Assembly (NCBI GenBank): GCA_963734535.1
Contig: CAVTHS010000009.1
Coordinates: forward strand, 1-64,000
Source: an uncultured Chloroflexia bacterium
GTDB taxonomy: Bacteria > Chloroflexota > Limnocylindria > Limnocylindrales > CSP1-4
Length of the DNA: 64,000 nt
Reading direction: 5' to 3'
Below the pieces are notes generated by a model that had not been told where the DNA came from, did no database searches, and saw only the letters and a program-made list of their open reading frames with translations. Every line of letters starts with the position of its first letter. Position 1 is the stretch's first letter. The position numbers were made by a program, and so were the translations under genes. Of the stretch, positions 1-9,719 are shown piece by piece.

Positions 1-130
1 CACACCATGTGACCGAGCGCATGTTCTCTCCCTCGATCTCGACCATCGTGTCGGTGAGCTTCCGGATGATCTCCTGCTTCTGGGCCGGCGTGAACACGCC
101 CTCGATGAGCTTGACGTTGATGAACGGCAT
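1..130 (-). CDS. 4-oxalocrotonate tautomerase family protein (runs off the left edge)
   Basis: Manual translation MPFINVKLIEGVFTPAQKQEIIRKLTDTMVEIEGENMRSVTW; N-terminal catalytic Pro after Met; GGAAGGA-type RBS upstream. Confidence 0.85.
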   Translation of the reverse strand, partial: MPFINVKLIEGVFTPAQKQEIIRKLTDTMVEIEGENMRSVTWC

Positions 131-248
131 GGATGGTTCCTTCCCGTGGTGATTGGATGGGGCATCACCGTACGGGGTGGCGGCGCCGGGCCGCATCCGT
201 GGTACCCCACAGGCGCGAACCCCGCGAGAAGCATGCCTGTGGCGGGTG

Positions 249-1358
249 CTACCCACCCCGCGAAGGGTGGAGGGTCCAGACCAGTGCGCGCGAGTGGACG
301 AGCGCCGGCAGACGCGCAGCGGCCGCAGCCCGAGCCGACTTGCCACTGAGGGTGAGCTTGACGTAGATGTTCGAGAGATGACGCTCCACGGTCCTGGTGC
401 TGAGCGCGAGCCGCGTGCCGATCTCATCGTTGCTGCACCCGTCGGCGACGAGGCGCAGGACTTCGAGCTCGCGGGTCGTGAGCAGGACCGTCGTGGCGCG
501 CGGTTGATCTCTCGGCACGGGCTCGCCAACGAACGCTGTCAGCTCGTTGATGAACTCGAACCATGCCGGCTCATCCGCGAGGAGGATGTGATTCCGCCCG
601 TGGAGTCGGACGAATCACGCGCCCGGGATCTGTCCAGCCAGCAGGCGGCCCTCCTCGAATGGAACGGCCACATCGCCATCGGCATGCAAGACGACCGTCC
701 TGACAGTCAACGCCAGCGCCGAAGACGTGACGTCGACCGTTGCGCGCGCGCGGCTGCTCGCAAGCGCCAAATCCGGCGTCATCGATCGCCGCTGGAGTTC
801 GTCGAACGAGCGCATCTGGTCCTCGGTCGCCCCGGGAATGAACGAGGTCGTAAACACGCGGCGATAGACCGGGTCGGCACGGCCCCACCCGACCTTGATC
901 ATCTGCCAGGTGAGCTCCGCCTCCTCGCGGACGTTCGGCGTCGGATCGCGCGCGAGAACTCCGCGCCCGTACGCACCCAGCAGGATCAGGTTGTCGACAC
1001 GCTCCGGATGCGCATGCGCGTACGCCACGGCGGTGGCTCCTGCCTGTGACATGCCGAACAGGGAGAAGCTGCCGAGCCGGGCGGCGTCCACGACCGCCTC
1101 GAGGTCGGCGAGCCAGGCGCCGAACGAGATGTCGACCGGTGAGCGATCGGACAGGCCACTCCCCCGGTCGTCGTAGCGGACGAGTGTGAATCGCTCGCCG
1201 AGGGCGGTCAGCCAGTGGTGCCACACCGGGCTCGCCCAATCGTGCTCAAGGTTCGTCAGCCAGGTCCCGACGCGCACGAGCGGTGGTCCCTCTCCGTGAC
1301 GAGACCACGCGATGCGCGTGCCGTCCGCGGACGTCGCGAAGGAGATCTCGGGTCGCAC
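249..1358 (-). pseudogene. Alpha/beta hydrolase fused to a C-terminal LuxR HTH, with an in-frame TGA at 615-617
   Basis: ORFs 615..1682 (GMSQAG nucleophile elbow) and 249..518 (LTTRELEVLRLVADG...TVERHLSNIY) are in the same frame; reading through the TGA gives GA*FVRLHGRNHILLADEPAW. Start codon approximate. Confidence 0.8.
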
Positions 1359-1534
1359 AGCGGCATTCTGGACGTGGCTCCCGCATCCGTCGAGCGCAGT
1401 GACGCGAACGGTGGCCCGGGCGTCCGACCTGAAATATGGGCGCTCGCTGAACAGCGCCTCGTGACCCATGCTCGGTGGTCGGCTCCCGCGGCCAGCCGCA
1501 GGCCGGCGCAAGAGGAGCGGGACGACTGAGCGAC

Positions 1535-1980
1535 CTATCGCCGCCTGAGCGCCGCGCGCTTGCGCTCGAGGTATCGACGCTCCGCAGCGTTTTCCGTTCG
1601 CTCGATCGCGGAGCGGTACGCGGCGTCCGCCTCCGGGCGCTTGCCGGCTCGGGCCAGGAGATCGGCGCGGATCGCGTGCCACAGGTGATAGTCGCCGAGC
1701 GCGAGCGCCTCGACAAGCGACAGTCCGGTCGTCGGACCGTCGACCTCAGCCACCGCCACCGCCCGGTTGAGCGCCACGATGGCGCTCGGGGCGATGCCGA
1801 GCAACTGGTCATCGAGGGCGACGATCTGGCGCCAGTCGGTCGCCTCCGCCGTGGGGGCGTCCGCGTGGACGGCGTTGATCGCGGCCTGGAGCTGGTACGG
1901 GCCCGGACGGCCGATGCGCAGGCAACGCCGCACGATCGCCTGCCCTTCTACGATGAGGCCGCGATCCCAGGCGGTGCGGT
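1535..1980 (-). pseudogene. C-terminal remnant of an ECF sigma factor (ECF42/DUF6596-like, TPR-like tail); sigma domains lost
   Basis: WDRGLIVEG...PGPYQLQAAINAVHADA...TDWRQIVAL...VALNRAVAVAEVDGP; the 5' part is replaced by a recombinase fragment on the other strand. Confidence 0.8.
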
Positions 1981-2200
1981 TGACCGCTGGCAGCGTAACC
2001 TCCGACGCACCCTCGAGCTCATTGACGATGGCCTCCACCCGAACCGCGTCGTTCTGGTCATGTGCGACCGGCGCATCCTGAGTTCGGATCCGCACGACTG
2101 GGACGAGCTCGTGACCGAGGCGCATGGCGCCGAGAAGTACAGCCGCCGCGTCTCGGAGCGGATCAGTCACGGTTGCGAGCAGACGTTCGACAAGGACTGG
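1981..2200 (+). pseudogene. Internal fragment of a large serine recombinase (paralog of 10403-11923)
   Basis: DRWQRNLRRTLELIDDGLHPNRVVLVMCDRRILSSDPHDWDELVTEAHGAEKYSRRVSERISHG closely matches DRWQRNLRRTLELLED...MCDRRILSSDPHDWDELVAEAAGAERYSRRLRERITDG at ~10680-10890. Confidence 0.9.
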
Positions 2201-2201
2201 C

Positions 2202-2450
2202 ATGAGGGACGCGTACCTGCGCGGCGCGCCCTCGCCGCAGGCGACGCAGCGCCAGATGGACGTGCTGGCCGCCTACGTCGCTGCTGGCGGATCCGTCCCG
2301 GACGCCGCCAAGCTCGTGGGCATCCGGCCAAGCACGGTGAAACGGCACCTCGCCGACCTGCGTGCTCGATCGGGCCTCACCACCGAACAACTGATCTACC
2401 TGGGACGCGCCGAAGGGTGGCTGCTGGTTCCAAGCCTCGAGTCCAGGTGA
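2202..2450 (+). CDS. Small LuxR/sigma4-like HTH protein, element-borne (copy 1)
   Basis: MRDAYLRG...RQMDVLAAYVAAGGSVPDAAKLVGIRPSTVKRHLADLRARSGLTTEQLIY; paralog of 6894-7157 with the same GCATGAGGGACG start context. Confidence 0.8.
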   Translation: MRDAYLRGAPSPQATQRQMDVLAAYVAAGGSVPDAAKLVGIRPSTVKRHLADLRARSGLTTEQLIYLGRAEGWLLVPSLESR

Positions 2451-2575
2451 GGATCGCTGGTCGCCGCAGCCAGTCGATGGTCCGCGTCAAGGGGCGAAGG
2501 CGCATGGCCTCGGACCGCCACGGTGGCACCTCGCCGACGTCGGCGACGGCGCGTTCCAGACGCGGTTGCGTGGCG

Positions 2576-3355
2576 TCATGCGTCACGGCGGACGAGCGCA
2601 GCAGCGCCGAGGACAAGCGGGACGACAGCATAGGTGAGCATCACCAGCGCCGCCTCCCAGGGTGCCAGCAGGGCGCTGAAGACCGAGTTCTCGTTGCCCG
2701 TGGCGGCCAGCTGGCCCGCGAGGGCGCCCGGCACGAGCGACGAGAGCCATTCGTCCCACGGCGCGGGAACGTGGGCGGCGATCAGCGGGACGATGTACCA
2801 GACCAGCGCGAGGACAACGACAGTCGCGAGGCCCGATCGGGTGATCGCTCCCAGCCCTAGCCCGATCAGGGCGAACGTCGCGGTTGAGAGCCCCATGGCG
2901 ATGACGAACACCAGCCCGCCAGCATCGATCGGCGTCTGGCCACCGATCGGCCGGTCGCCGAGGATGGCGGCACTGCCCACGAGCGTGACGAGCAGCGCTG
3001 CCTCGGTAGCGAGGAAGGTGACCACCGCCACCACGACGGCCTTGGCGAAGAGGACCAGCGCCCGATTCGGCATGGCGAGGAACGTGGTCCGGATCATGCC
3101 ATTGCCACATTCCGACGTGATGGCCACAGCGCCGAACACGGCCATGATGAGCGACGCGAGCCAGCCCAACAAGGTCGGCAGCGATCCCAGAGCCGCGTGC
3201 GCCCGGCCGTCCGGCGTCAGCCCGTCCCAGGTCACGACGAAGTACCAGGCCACTGCGAGCATGAGGGCGGTGAACACGGCCACGGCGCCGAGGACGAGCC
3301 ACGTCGACCGTGCCGTGCGGAGCTTCAGCCACTCTGCCGCGAGGATGTCAGCCAT
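2576..3355 (-). CDS. ABC-2 transporter permease (peptide/antibiotic resistance type)
   Basis: AEWLKLRTARS start, ITSExxxGMIRTTFLAMPNR motif, about six TM segments. Confidence 0.9.
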   Translation of the reverse strand: MADILAAEWLKLRTARSTWLVLGAVAVFTALMLAVAWYFVVTWDGLTPDGRAHAALGSLPTLLGWLASLIMAVFGAVAITSECGNGMIRTTFLAMPNRALVLFAKAVVVAVVTFLATEAALLVTLVGSAAILGDRPIGGQTPIDAGGLVFVIAMGLSTATFALIGLGLGAITRSGLATVVVLALVWYIVPLIAAHVPAPWDEWLSSLVPGALAGQLAATGNENSVFSALLAPWEAALVMLTYAVVPLVLGAAALVRRDA

Positions 3356-4274
3356 GACCGCTCCCTGTGAATGACTGGGCGGCATGATCGGTCGCATCGG
3401 CCGTGAGCGCCAGGTAGGCGTCCTCGAGGGACGCAGATCGCGCGGTGAGCTCGAGCAGCGGGATCCCTAGCCTTGCGGCGATCACGCCAACGGATGCGGC
3501 GTCGATGCCGGTGACCTGGAGGAGGTCGTCGTCGTGTCCGCTCGTCACGAGCCCGCCGGCGTGTTCGAGCGCCGAGGACAGTTCTCCAGCGCGTGGCGAG
3601 CGCACGATGACACCCTTGCTGTACCGGTCGGCGAGTTCGGCAACGGTGGTGTCGGCGATCAGTCGACCGCGGCCGATGACGATCAGGCGGTCAGCCGTGA
3701 TCGCCATCTCGCTCATCAGGTGGCTCGAGAGGAGGACCGTCCTACCCTCGAGGGCGAGAGACCGCAGGAGTTCGCGAAGCCAGCGGACGCCGTCTGGGTC
3801 AAGGCCGTTCACCGGCTCGTCGAGCAGCAGGAGTGCCGGATCGCCGAGCAGGGCAGCGGCGATCCCCAGCCGCTGCTTCATCCCGAGCGAGTAGGTCGCG
3901 ACGCGATGTCGCGCCACGCCGCCCAAGCCCACTTGCTCGAGGAGCGACCGCACGCGCCCGCGGCCGATCCGATGGCTTCTCGCCAGCCAGCCAAGGTGAT
4001 CGGCCGCAGACCGCCCTCCATCGACCGCACCGGAGTCGAGAAGCGCACCAACCTCGCACAACGGGCGAGCGATGCGCCGGTAGGGACGTCCGCCGATCAG
4101 GACGGTACCAGCCGTCGGTTCCGCCAGTCCAAGGGCGAGACGCAGCGTCGTGGTCTTGCCCGCTCCGTTTGGGCCGAGGAACCCCGTCACGAACCCGGGG
4201 CGAACGTCGACCGATAGGCTATCGACGGCGAGCGTCGCGCCGTAGCGCTTGGTCAGACCCCGAATCTCGAGCAT
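3348..4274 (-). CDS. ABC transporter ATP-binding protein
   Basis: Walker A GPNGAGKTT, signature YSLGMKQR, Walker B LLLDEP. Confidence 0.95.
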   Translation of the reverse strand: MLEIRGLTKRYGATLAVDSLSVDVRPGFVTGFLGPNGAGKTTTLRLALGLAEPTAGTVLIGGRPYRRIARPLCEVGALLDSGAVDGGRSAADHLGWLARSHRIGRGRVRSLLEQVGLGGVARHRVATYSLGMKQRLGIAAALLGDPALLLLDEPVNGLDPDGVRWLRELLRSLALEGRTVLLSSHLMSEMAITADRLIVIGRGRLIADTTVAELADRYSKGVIVRSPRAGELSSALEHAGGLVTSGHDDDLLQVTGIDAASVGVIAARLGIPLLELTARSASLEDAYLALTADATDHAAQSFTGSGHG

Positions 4275-4444
4275 GCCACCATGCTGGCGAACCGGACCCT
4301 CGCGCGCATCGGAGCGCAGACTGGATCTGCGGATCCGTCCACGGTAGGAGCCGCCACGCTCAGCCGGCAACGTCTCCGCCTACGGGATGACAACCCAGAG
4401 GCGGATTCGCACGAAGGATTGCCTTCGCTACTCTCACTGGTGCC

Positions 4445-5647
4445 ATGGACAACGACGACCAGCCAGTCCTGACCCGGCCGCTCAGCACGCGGCAACTCAT
4501 GGCATTGGATGTCGTTGCGTCTGCCGGTTACACGCTCTTCCTCGTGGCGATGGTGAGCGCCGGGGCCGGCCAGACGTCCGTGTCCGCGACCGTTCCCGCG
4601 TGGATGCCCTACCTCGTGGTCCTGGCCATCGGGCTTCCGCTTGCCGCTCGGCGGCTGTGGCCGCTGCCGATCTTCGTGATCGTGTTCGGGGCGTCGTTGA
4701 TCGCGCTTGGCATGGGGGTCGTTCGCGATGGGTTCGTCGGGGCAGGCTTCGCGCTCTACATGGTCGCCGCTACGGAGAATCGGTCGGGACGCGAACCGAC
4801 GCGCCTGATCGCGGTCGCGAGCGTGATCGGCCTCATTGTTCTGGTGACCGCCGGCAGTCCGGTCCCCTTGCTGGCCGAGGCGGGTCCGATCATCGTCGGC
4901 GCGGTGGTCCTCGGTGGATCCTGGACGATCGGGCGGGCAGTTCGTGAACGTCGGCGGTTCGCGCAGCGCTCGGCGGCCCAGCTCGTCGAGCGCGCCGTGG
5001 CCGAGGAGCGCCTTCGAATCGCGCGCGACCTGCACGATATCGTGGCGCACGGCCTGAGCCTGATCGTCGTCAGGGCCGCTACCGCGAACCACGTCATCGC
5101 TTCGCGCCCCAATGAGGCTCGGGCCGCCCTCGAGGTGATCGAGACGACCGGCCGCGACGCGCTCGCAGACATGCGCCGGATGCTCGACGTGCTTCGCGGC
5201 GATCCCCAGACAGGCCAAGACGGCGACCTCGCACCGATACCGACCCTTGATCAGCTTCCGGTTCTGGTGGATCGCGTAGCGATGGCGGGTGTTCGGGTCG
5301 ACTGCGACGTCAGCGGTGCCGAGCTCCTATCGGACGGTGTGGCCGTCGCCGTCTACCGGATCGTGCAGGAGGCATTGACGAACGTTGTGAAGCACGCGGC
5401 CCCGACGCGCTGTCGCCTCAGGATCTCCGTGGTCAATGAGGACGTGCAAGTCGAGGTGACCGACGAGGGTCTGCGGGCGGCCGTCGATGGGCCGGAGCAA
5501 CGCGTTGGGCGTGGGCTGGTCGGGATGCAGGAGCGAGTGCGAACGCTGGGCGGGGTGCTCGAGGCGGGCCCACTTCCGCATGGAGGCTTTCGCGTCTTTG
5601 CGCGATTCCCGAGTGGCACGACGAAGGGCGCGACGGTGTTGGCATGA
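4445..5647 (+). CDS. Membrane sensor histidine kinase (HisKA_3 type)
   Basis: TM N-terminus, ERLRIARDLHDIVAH H-box, YRIVQEALTNVVKHA, GRGLVGMQER. Confidence 0.95.
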   Translation: MDNDDQPVLTRPLSTRQLMALDVVASAGYTLFLVAMVSAGAGQTSVSATVPAWMPYLVVLAIGLPLAARRLWPLPIFVIVFGASLIALGMGVVRDGFVGAGFALYMVAATENRSGREPTRLIAVASVIGLIVLVTAGSPVPLLAEAGPIIVGAVVLGGSWTIGRAVRERRRFAQRSAAQLVERAVAEERLRIARDLHDIVAHGLSLIVVRAATANHVIASRPNEARAALEVIETTGRDALADMRRMLDVLRGDPQTGQDGDLAPIPTLDQLPVLVDRVAMAGVRVDCDVSGAELLSDGVAVAVYRIVQEALTNVVKHAAPTRCRLRISVVNEDVQVEVTDEGLRAAVDGPEQRVGRGLVGMQERVRTLGGVLEAGPLPHGGFRVFARFPSGTTKGATVLA

Positions 5648-6315
5648 CCGACCCGATCCGAGTTCTCGTGGCCGACGATCAGGCCCTCGTCCGAGGGAGC
5701 TTCCGCCTGCTTGTCGACACGACGCCCGGTATGGAAGCCGTTGGTGAGGCGGGAACGGGTGCCGAGGCCGTCGATCTCGCCCGCCGGCTGCAGCCTGATG
5801 TCGTGCTGATGGACATCCGGATGCCGGTTATGGACGGGATTCAGGCGACAAGCCGCATCTGTGCTGATGCACACCTGTCGAGCCGCGTGCTCATCCTCAC
5901 GACGTTCGATCTCGACAGCTACGTGTACGACGCGTTGCGGGCCGGGGCGAGCGGCTTCCTGCTCAAGGATTGTCCGCCGGTGGACCTGTTGCAGGCGATC
6001 AGGGTCATTGCCGATGGCGAGGCGCTCCTGGCCCCGCGGATCACCCGCCGCTTGATCGATGAGTTCGCGCGACGGCCCGACCCGGCACGCACCGCTCCGC
6101 CCCGCCTCGCAAGCCTCACCCCTCGGGAAGTGGAGGTTCTGTCTCTCATTGCGCTTGGGCTATCAAACGCTGAGATAGCGGACCGCCTGATCGTCAGTCC
6201 GGCGACCGTGAAGACCCATGTCGGCCATCTGCTCGACAAGCTCGACAGCCGCGACCGCGCTCAGCTCGTCATCGCTGCCTACGAGGGCGGCCTGATGGAG
6301 TCTCGCTCAGCGTAG
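5644..6315 (+). CDS. NarL/LuxR-family response regulator
   Basis: VADDQ, DVVLMDIRMP receiver motif, LTPREVEVL...TVKTHVG HTH; ATGA overlap with the kinase. Confidence 0.95.
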   Translation: MTDPIRVLVADDQALVRGSFRLLVDTTPGMEAVGEAGTGAEAVDLARRLQPDVVLMDIRMPVMDGIQATSRICADAHLSSRVLILTTFDLDSYVYDALRAGASGFLLKDCPPVDLLQAIRVIADGEALLAPRITRRLIDEFARRPDPARTAPPRLASLTPREVEVLSLIALGLSNAEIADRLIVSPATVKTHVGHLLDKLDSRDRAQLVIAAYEGGLMESRSA

Positions 6316-6505
6316 GCCGCCGTCGGGCGCGGCCGTCCTGCGCTTCCTGGATCATCCCGCCTCGCGGCTTGCCGTCTGGCAGTTGGCCTTCGGCTTGGAG
6401 GCCTGGTCCCGCAGGCGTAGCACCGCGGGCGCATAGGCCGAACCGGGTCGGTCGGCGACGATTTGCGTGATGATCACCTCGCTCTTTGCAGCGGCATGGG
6501 CCAGG

Positions 6506-6897
6506 GAACACCAGATGCGCGACCTCGCCCTGGAGCACGCGGGCAGCGCGCCTCGGAGGGGAACTGGAGATCGTCGGCGCTCAGCCGGCGCGGGACCTCC
6601 CGGCGCGTCGCGGTGGACTGGCTCGACGCCCTGGCCGAAACCCAGCAAACGACCGACCTGGTAGAGGAGAAGTCCGACGTGATCCACGCTGGCTACGAGC
6701 GGATCGTCATCGAAGGGCCGCGCTTCGTCGGCCTGCGCCTCACACCGGCGGCGTACCAGCACGGACTCGCGCTCGCGCTGCCAGAGGCTGTTATGGCGCG
6801 CCCGACAGGTGTTGGACGCGCGATTTCAACCTACACCTACACCATCCCGATCGAGGGCCGCGATGAGTGGCTGGCCGCGGCCGGGTTCCGAGCATGA
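6506..6897 (+). pseudogene. 3' remnant of a serine recombinase crossing an att junction and ending in the element-encoded tail
   Basis: QMRDLALEHAG...EEKSDVIHAGYERIVIEGPRFVGLRLTPAAYQHGLALALPEAVMARPTG matches 11530-11875; continues VGRAISTYTYTIPIEGRDEWLAAAGFRA*. Confidence 0.9.
6785..6832. repeat. att junction (attP-like): copy of the tRNA-Arg 3' 16 nt in an inverted repeat centred on GG 6808-6809
   Basis: TGTTATGGCGCGCCCGACAGG at 6789-6809 is identical to 11854-11874; right arm TGTTGGACGCGCGATTTCAACCT is an imperfect inverse of the left arm. Confidence 0.9.
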
Positions 6898-7157
6898 GGG
6901 ACGGGTACCGGCGCGGCGAGCTTCCGCTGACTCGAACCGCCCGGCAGGTCGACGTCCTCACTGCGCTTGTTGCGGCTCGCGGGTCGGTCGCGGACGCAGC
7001 GGCGAGTATCGGCATCCGACCAAGCACCGCCAAGCGCCACCTCGCGGATCTTCGTGCGAGATCCGGCCTTTCGACCGAGCAGCTGATCTACTGCGGGAGG
7101 GCAGAAGGATGGCTTGTCGTACCGAGTCTTGACTCCGTTGAGGAAACCATCCCCTGA
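6894..7157 (+). CDS. Small HTH protein, element-borne (copy 2); candidate regulator or directionality factor
   Basis: MRDGYRRG...GSVADAAASIGIRPSTAKRHLADLRARSGLSTEQLIY; its ATG overlaps the recombinase tail stop (ATGA 6894-6897). Confidence 0.8.
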   Translation: MRDGYRRGELPLTRTARQVDVLTALVAARGSVADAAASIGIRPSTAKRHLADLRARSGLSTEQLIYCGRAEGWLVVPSLDSVEETIP

Positions 7158-7189
7158 TTGATACGCTCGATGAGACCGGTGTCGGTCGC

Positions 7190-7798
7190 TCATGAGACGT
7201 CGGGCGCGATTCCGTGGTCTGTGATGAATTGGCGGATCTGCGACGCGTGTTCTGTTGTGTGAGCCACGAGTCCGGTGAGGATCCATGCGTATGGCTGACC
7301 CTTGTAGCGGTGAGCCGGCGACAAGAGCGTTGCCGCCTTCTCGTCCGTGATGTCGTCGAGCGTGTCCCGTGCGCGCTGGCGGCAATGGTCGATGTAACCC
7401 TCAATCTCGGAGCGCGACCAGGCGGCGGGCAGGCTTGGAAGGTCGCGCCAGTGCGGATGCCCGGCAAAAGGCCGCGGCGGCGTCCACGGGCCGAATTCGC
7501 CATTGAGGTCATAGTCGAAGACTTCGAGTGCGTGCCACGCGACGCTCCAAGGAGTCGACCGGCGCTGAACCCATCGCTCGATCAACCTGCTGCGTTGTGC
7601 AGCGTCCGAGACGGGTTCCCAGTCTGAGCTGAGGAATTGGTGGTCAGCCCCTGGGGCCGTGACCTGCCACATGCCGGTCTTCCACAGCTCGTCCGTGCAG
7701 TCACGTACCGCCGCGGCCATGAGATCGAGGGCCTGGTCGATGCTCCGACCGAGGCTCTCCACCCAGATTGATGTCACACGAGCGCCTGTGTCCGTCAT
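7190..7798 (-). CDS. DinB-like four-helix protein
   Basis: Pattern AAVRDCTDELW...WSVAWHALEVFDY...LVAHTTEHASQIRQF (H...HxxxH). Confidence 0.7.
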   Translation of the reverse strand: MTDTGARVTSIWVESLGRSIDQALDLMAAAVRDCTDELWKTGMWQVTAPGADHQFLSSDWEPVSDAAQRSRLIERWVQRRSTPWSVAWHALEVFDYDLNGEFGPWTPPRPFAGHPHWRDLPSLPAAWSRSEIEGYIDHCRQRARDTLDDITDEKAATLLSPAHRYKGQPYAWILTGLVAHTTEHASQIRQFITDHGIAPDVS

Positions 7799-7799
7799 C

Positions 7800-8116
7800 G
7801 CTCTTCCGGAGTTGCAGGTACTGGACCGCAAGCCCGCTTTGCGACAGGACCGATCCACCGCCGACGTCCAAGGCTATATCGCCCGGGAGGAGCGCGAGCC
7901 CGTGCTTCGCCGCGTTGTAGAGAGCGGCCTTCTCGAGGAACAGGGCGGCGAAGTAGCGAAGGTACCCCTCGATGAGCGCCAAGCCTCGCCGGCCACGAGC
8001 ATGAGGTTCTGGAGGCGCCGACCGAAGTAGTCCTGAGGACGTGCCGCATAGAAGATCGCGTTCATCGCCGGGAAATGCTCGGGATCGGGCACACCCTCGG
8101 GCGGCATCGGACTCAT
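7800..8116 (-). pseudogene. Degraded hypothetical gene fragment
   Basis: Protein-like segments in two frames (MSPMPPEGVPDPEHFPAMNAIFY... then LIEGYLRYFAALFLEKAALYNAAKHGLA) joined by a frameshift near 7985. Confidence 0.4.
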
Positions 8117-8398
8117 AACCTGAAGCCTAGCCTGTCGCGCTCCGACTCCGAGATCCGTTGCGCCAGCGCCGTGAAACCCGGCGTTCACGTCGCGAACCTC
8201 ACGAACGTCGCGGACCTCGACACGATCTGCTCATCGTCTGGTGCCGGCGCTGCCGTCATCTCGCCGACCAGTCGTACAAGTCCCGAGCTCCGCCCCCGCG
8301 CTCCGCTGCGTTCGCGGCGCTCAGCCGTTCGGACCTCTCGACGATGCTGCGCGTCGCTTCTTGCAGGGAAGCGGTCTGGCGACGGGGCGCCGTGAGGG

Positions 8399-8911
8399 TC
8401 AGTAGCTGTAGCCGCTCGGCTTGGCGGAGGCGGCCGGCGAAGCCGGGCCGCCCTTCCCGGCCACCGGGGCCACGAACCAGATGCCGCCCACACCCTGGCC
8501 GGTCGTGTCGCCCGGCTTCGTGTCCGCGGCGTAGGAGTAGAGCGCCTGGCCGTTGTACGTCACCTGGAGCGTCCCGTCGGGTCGCGCAAACGTCGCGAGG
8601 GTGCCGGTCACCCCGGGGCCGGCCACTGCCTGTCCGCCAGCGGCCACGGTGAGAGGCGGCCACGCGGAGGCGCAGCCACCGGTGCAGGACGAGCCACCCG
8701 CAGGGTCCGAGGTCCGGACGTAGAGGGTCATCCCGCCAGCGCCGGTCAGGTAGGTGCCCAGCGTTCCGGAGCTGCCCGTCCCGATCGTGGCCGCCGCACC
8801 CCCGGAGAGAGACGCGGGCGTGGCAGCCGGCGTGGCGGCCGAGGCGCAGCCGCCCAGGGCAAGGCCGGCGGCCAGGACGAGACCCGGGAGGAAGGTGCTG
8901 GGTATGCGCAT
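8399..8911 (-). CDS. Secreted lipoprotein with Lipoprotein_15 (COG4315) repeats
   Basis: Lipobox LGGC; GMTLY...CTGGCASAWPP...RPDGTLQVTYNGQALYSYAADTKPGDTTGQGVGGIW. Confidence 0.85.
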   Translation of the reverse strand: MRIPSTFLPGLVLAAGLALGGCASAATPAATPASLSGGAAATIGTGSSGTLGTYLTGAGGMTLYVRTSDPAGGSSCTGGCASAWPPLTVAAGGQAVAGPGVTGTLATFARPDGTLQVTYNGQALYSYAADTKPGDTTGQGVGGIWFVAPVAGKGGPASPAASAKPSGYSY

Positions 8912-9056
8912 GACTACCGACCTCGCCACTCGGGCCCGAGGATGCCGGGTCCATGTACACCCTACGTCAGGCTGCGCGAGTCGGTTCTCTGAGCCTGGCG
9001 GGGCCCTCCCACGGCTCGCTGCATTGCCGGTGGCCGGGGGTGATTAGCGCACGGGG

Positions 9057-9508
9057 TCAGCCGGGGCCGCCGGGCTCGCGCTCCTCGATCACGTGCTCCT
9101 CGAACCCCGCCCGTTCCTCCGCCCGACGAGCAAGGATCTTCGCCCGACGCTGCAGGAAGATCGCGTCGCGCAGGTCGAAGAACCCCTCGAGCGTCGAGGG
9201 GACCGCCTCGATCACCGGGTCCCGGTTGAACAGGTCGTTGCAGGGACGACAGCAGGCCACGAGGTTGGCCGTACTGCGGACCCACTCGCGCGGGAAGCCC
9301 ATCCCGACGACCTGCGCGGCACGACGTGGTCCACCGACAGCTGGAGCCACCCGTTGAAGGTGCGCATGCCCAGGTCGCAGTGCACGCACTGGTACCCGCA
9401 CCAGCGCAGGATGTCGTGGGCGTATCCCTTGCGCGCACCGGCGCCGCTGGGCGGATCGAGGAGCACGCGGCCTCCACCCGGGTCTGCGCTGAACGGTGGG
9501 TATGACAA
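9057..9508 (-). CDS. HNH endonuclease (frameshift near 9315)
   Basis: CVHC...SVDHVVP in one frame, then NLVACCRPCN in another: HNH zinc-finger pattern. Start uncertain and abuts an IS end. Confidence 0.75.
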
Positions 9509-9718
9509 CCTGAACTGGCCCCACTTTCGGGGCTTGTGATCGCCAGAACTGGTCCCACCCCCGACCCCACGTCCGTACGCTCGATTGGTCCTGGCAGGCC
9601 ATCACGAGCGACGGAGGAAGGAGTGTCGAGGGTGGAGCAGTTCGAGCGTATCCGCCGGGTTCACCGGGAGGAAGGGGTGTCGATCCGCGAGCTCTCGCGC
9701 CGGCACAACGTGCACAGG
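9500..9718 (+). mobile_element. IS21-family left-end remnant with the 5' end of istA
   Basis: Repeats GAACTGGCCCCAC (9512-9524) and GAACTGGTCCCAC (9546-9558); GGAGGAAGGA RBS, then VSRVEQFERIRRVHREEGVSIRELSRRHNVHR, truncated. Confidence 0.75.
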
Positions 9719-9719
9719 C

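Larger units (their letters stand above)
2200..6809 (+). mobile_element. Older tandem integrative element (decayed): HTH at left, ABC + two-component cargo, recombinase 3' remnant and att junction at right
   Basis: Same HTH...recombinase-att layout as the element at 6808-11874; left att deleted, so the left boundary is approximate. Confidence 0.7.

Noticed and set aside
615-617. In-frame TGA as selenocysteine or recoding
   Set aside because: The position fits Arg (GARFV), not a catalytic Cys, and other genes use TGA as a normal stop; a CGA-to-TGA change is simpler.
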